Shown here: positions 61,784 through 64,000 of the stretch, in pieces
How positions within the stretch are numbered: the stretch's first letter is position 1
Layout of the letters: every line of letters starts with the position of its first letter
Assembly: GCA_965218425.1 (NCBI GenBank)
Contig: OZ244621.1
Span: 56,187 to 120,186 of the forward strand
DNA: 64,000 nt
Direction: 5' to 3'
From: an uncultured Candidatus Binatia bacterium
Lineage (GTDB): Bacteria; Desulfobacterota; Binatia; UBA9968; CAXXLF01
Program-made: the position numbers and the translations under genes
The notes under the pieces: generated by a model
Database searches by the model: none
What the model was told of the DNA's origin: nothing
The model's input: the letters and a program-made list of their open reading frames with translations, nothing else

Positions 61784-62551
61784 CTACAAGCCAGGGACGT
61801 CGGGTAATCGAACCACGGGTTGCCGCACTTGGAGGCGGGATACCCCCGCCCAGAATTCTCGCTGTCTGGTCATGGCCTGAACGTGTCCATCCCACTCCAG
61901 GGTAAACGCGGTTACCCCCAGTTTGACGGCACTTCTGACCTTTTCCTGTGTTACTGCATCCGTGGCAAATCCCCTGAGCGCGTCAATCTGGCGTCTGCCA
62001 TGGGAATCGTCCTGTTCGGCATGGAGTCGGTAGGTTTCCGCCGCATGTGCTGGGAACTTATAATACCCCGTCAGTTCCCTGTACACCTTTGCGGCAACAC
62101 CGTTGGTTCCACCATGCTGACTCTCCACGAAGCTAAGCATGGCGATGCCTTCCAATGCCGAGCGTCGTTGACAGCAGCCGGTGAGCATCTCGATGGCAGC
62201 CATGGTCCCTGGCGTCGGTTCCGCCGAGTCAGCCTCTTCCCGCGCGATACCACCCTCCTCGAGGAACTGGAGTAACACATCGGCATGACTTTTGGGTCCG
62301 GACAGTTCTTCCATGAAGTTCTCAAGCACCACATCCATGGGTCCGTAGTGTTTTTCGGCCACAGCGTTGATGGCAATGTAACCGAAGAAAATAGCATTGG
62401 TGCGAACCCGTAGATAGTGCTGAACCTCGCCGAGGATAATCTGCTGACGGGTCCAACGGTGTTGAATGATACCCTGAAACCAAGGGTGTTGTTCCATGGG
62501 TACCTCTCGGGCGTAACTCCAAAGCTCATCTATGAATTGATCTGAAGACAT
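61784..62551 (-). CDS. PqqC/CADD/TenA-like heme-oxygenase-fold diiron protein
   Basis: HPWF, ENFMEE.....SH, FVESQ, H...D..H ligand pattern; RBS AAGGAGG. Confidence 0.8.
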   Translation of the reverse strand: MSSDQFIDELWSYAREVPMEQHPWFQGIIQHRWTRQQIILGEVQHYLRVRTNAIFFGYIAINAVAEKHYGPMDVVLENFMEELSGPKSHADVLLQFLEEGGIAREEADSAEPTPGTMAAIEMLTGCCQRRSALEGIAMLSFVESQHGGTNGVAAKVYRELTGYYKFPAHAAETYRLHAEQDDSHGRRQIDALRGFATDAVTQEKVRSAVKLGVTAFTLEWDGHVQAMTRQREFWAGVSRLQVRQPVVRLPDVPGL

Positions 62552-62635
62552 GGACCTAACCTCCTTGAGAGAGCAGCCGAGAAGCCGATTGCTCATCCCA
62601 TTCTCGGTAAACGACCCTCCTGATGGAAGCGAGCT

Positions 62636-63247
62636 TCAGGGTATTTCCATTCCGCGCCGCACTGCAGGACGATTGCCCATGGCCCTGAACCATCGATGGA
62701 CGTTGGAAAATTCCTCCAGCCGGACCTGGTGCCACTCGAAGTGAGCCACCCAGGGGTAGGTGGCGATATCGGCGATGGAATAATCGTCCACAAGAAATTC
62801 CACTTGTGCGAGACGCTTGTCCAACACGGTGTAGAGCCGTCTGGTTTCTTTGCTGTAGCGCTCGACGCCATACGCGACTTCCGCTGCGTGCCGTATAAAA
62901 TGATGAGCCTGACCGAAGATCGGACCCACACCGCCCATCTGAAACATCAACCATTGAATCACATGGTATCGTTTCTTTGTTCCCCTTGGTAGCAGTTGAT
63001 TGGTCTTGTCTGCTAGATACATTAGGATCGCTCCGGATTCGAACAGCGGGTAGGGTTTCCCGTCAGGTCCTTCACGATCGACGATTGTTGGGATTTTATT
63101 GTTTGGGTTCAGCTCCAGGTACTCCGGCTCAAATTGTTCTCCCTTGCCGAGGTTGATGGGATGAACTTCATAGGGCAGGCCCACTTCCTCAAGCATAATG
63201 GAGACTTTTCGTCCGTTAGGTGTCTTCCAAGAATAGAGATCGATCAT
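62636..63247 (-). CDS. Glutathione S-transferase, Nu class (YfcG-like)
   Basis: TPNG motif, NPN.KIP, FESGAIL, QWL.FQ.GG.GP, YSIADIA. Confidence 0.9.
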   Translation of the reverse strand: MIDLYSWKTPNGRKVSIMLEEVGLPYEVHPINLGKGEQFEPEYLELNPNNKIPTIVDREGPDGKPYPLFESGAILMYLADKTNQLLPRGTKKRYHVIQWLMFQMGGVGPIFGQAHHFIRHAAEVAYGVERYSKETRRLYTVLDKRLAQVEFLVDDYSIADIATYPWVAHFEWHQVRLEEFSNVHRWFRAMGNRPAVRRGMEIP

Positions 63248-63259
63248 AAAAGAAATCCC

Positions 63260-64000
63260 TTAAGTTGAAAGAAAATTCAAAACCTTCTCACAAAAAATTT
63301 TTCTAACATCCCACATCAACAGATGAGCGGCACCATCGATCACCTCCACCCGAAGGTCTGGTTCTTTTTCTTTTAGAATGGCGCACCTCTTGGCGGCAGA
63401 CCCACGATCCTGAGCGCCATAGAGCATGAAAAGCGGAGCCGATACCTCCGTTAGGCGCTGGGACAGCGGGATCTGGCCCTTTTGTGATTCACGCGCCTTC
63501 AACCGCTCAAGTGACGCCTCAAAATTTTTTCCCAGACTCATTTCATGTCTCTGTCGCAAGACCTCGGGAGTAATGAGGTCTTTGTTATAAAGGTTGCCTT
63601 CCAAAAGCCTCCTCGTATCCTCCAGGGTTGGCGAGGCTTGGGTCCCTTCCTCTCCCTGCGCTGGACCCCCACCCCCTTGATCCGTTAACCGGGGGAGGAG
63701 ACTGCCTGTACCAACCGTCACCACCTTAATGACGCGATCAGGATGCTTCAATGCCAGCCCCATGACAAATCCTCCCGCTTGCGAGTGGCCGATCATGGAG
63801 GCCTGCCGGATCCCAAGGACATCCATGAATTTAACAACAAAGGCTTCCCTGTAGGAAGGTCGGTAGTCTTTTGGATTATCGGAATGACCGTAGCCGGGTT
63901 GGTCATAGGCAATAGCGCGAAACCCGCCCTGAGCCAAGGCGCCCAACGTATCCTTCCAAACGTCAGCGGAAGAGCCCAAGGATGCGCCATGAAGTAACAC
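63260..64000 (-). CDS. Alpha/beta hydrolase (5' end outside the window)
   Basis: LLHG, DQPGYG.S, GHSQAG, G..D, GAAH motifs. Confidence 0.88.
   Translation of the reverse strand: MLLHGASLGSSADVWKDTLGALAQGGFRAIAYDQPGYGHSDNPKDYRPSYREAFVVKFMDVLGIRQASMIGHSQAGGFVMGLALKHPDRVIKVVTVGTGSLLPRLTDQGGGGPAQGEEGTQASPTLEDTRRLLEGNLYNKDLITPEVLRQRHEMSLGKNFEASLERLKARESQKGQIPLSQRLTEVSAPLFMLYGAQDRGSAAKRCAILKEKEPDLRVEVIDGAAHLLMWDVRKIFCEKVLNFLST

Noticed and set aside
61520-61880. Track ORFs 61584-61880 (+) and 61520-61738 (-)
   Set aside because: Neither has an RBS and both overlap neighbouring genes; the UGA-containing frame from 61541 fits the gap and RBS far better.

Overview
Bacterial chromosomal window. The gene content and the heavy expansion of amidohydrolase, solute-binding-protein, cupin and Rieske paralogues suggest a deltaproteobacterial-type lineage such as Candidatus Binatia; this is inference, not a database result. 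About half the window encodes aromatic/heteroaromatic catabolism: three LigY-like amidohydrolases, a LigZ-like extradiol dioxygenase, two Rieske oxygenases, two PhtC-like class II aldolase-fold decarboxylases, an OphC-like decarboxylase, M24-fold enzymes, signal-less TAXI-fold proteins and ABC transport. Housekeeping and energy genes include frmA, thrC, rlmN, a family-5 UDG, two tandem complex II operons (a CCG-anchored one whose flavoprotein lacks the FAD-binding His, then frdABCD) and a bacterial topoisomerase VI. Mobile DNA and decay: an intact IS3/IS407-type element with a 4-bp target duplication inside a cupin gene, an IS481-like remnant, a ~110-bp IS200/IS605-type palindromic mini-element, a 12-kb island bracketed by a duplicated gene 5' end, and several deletion-scar pseudogenes. 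The most striking feature is absent from the ORF track: a 73-codon gene at 61541-61762 with two in-frame UGA codons (U-H-N-N-U) followed by a SECIS-like hairpin, a candidate novel two-selenocysteine protein. A compact, tetraloop-rich candidate ncRNA lies at about 27650-27775. No rRNA, tRNA or CRISPR array was seen. Family assignments come from motif recognition, not searches.
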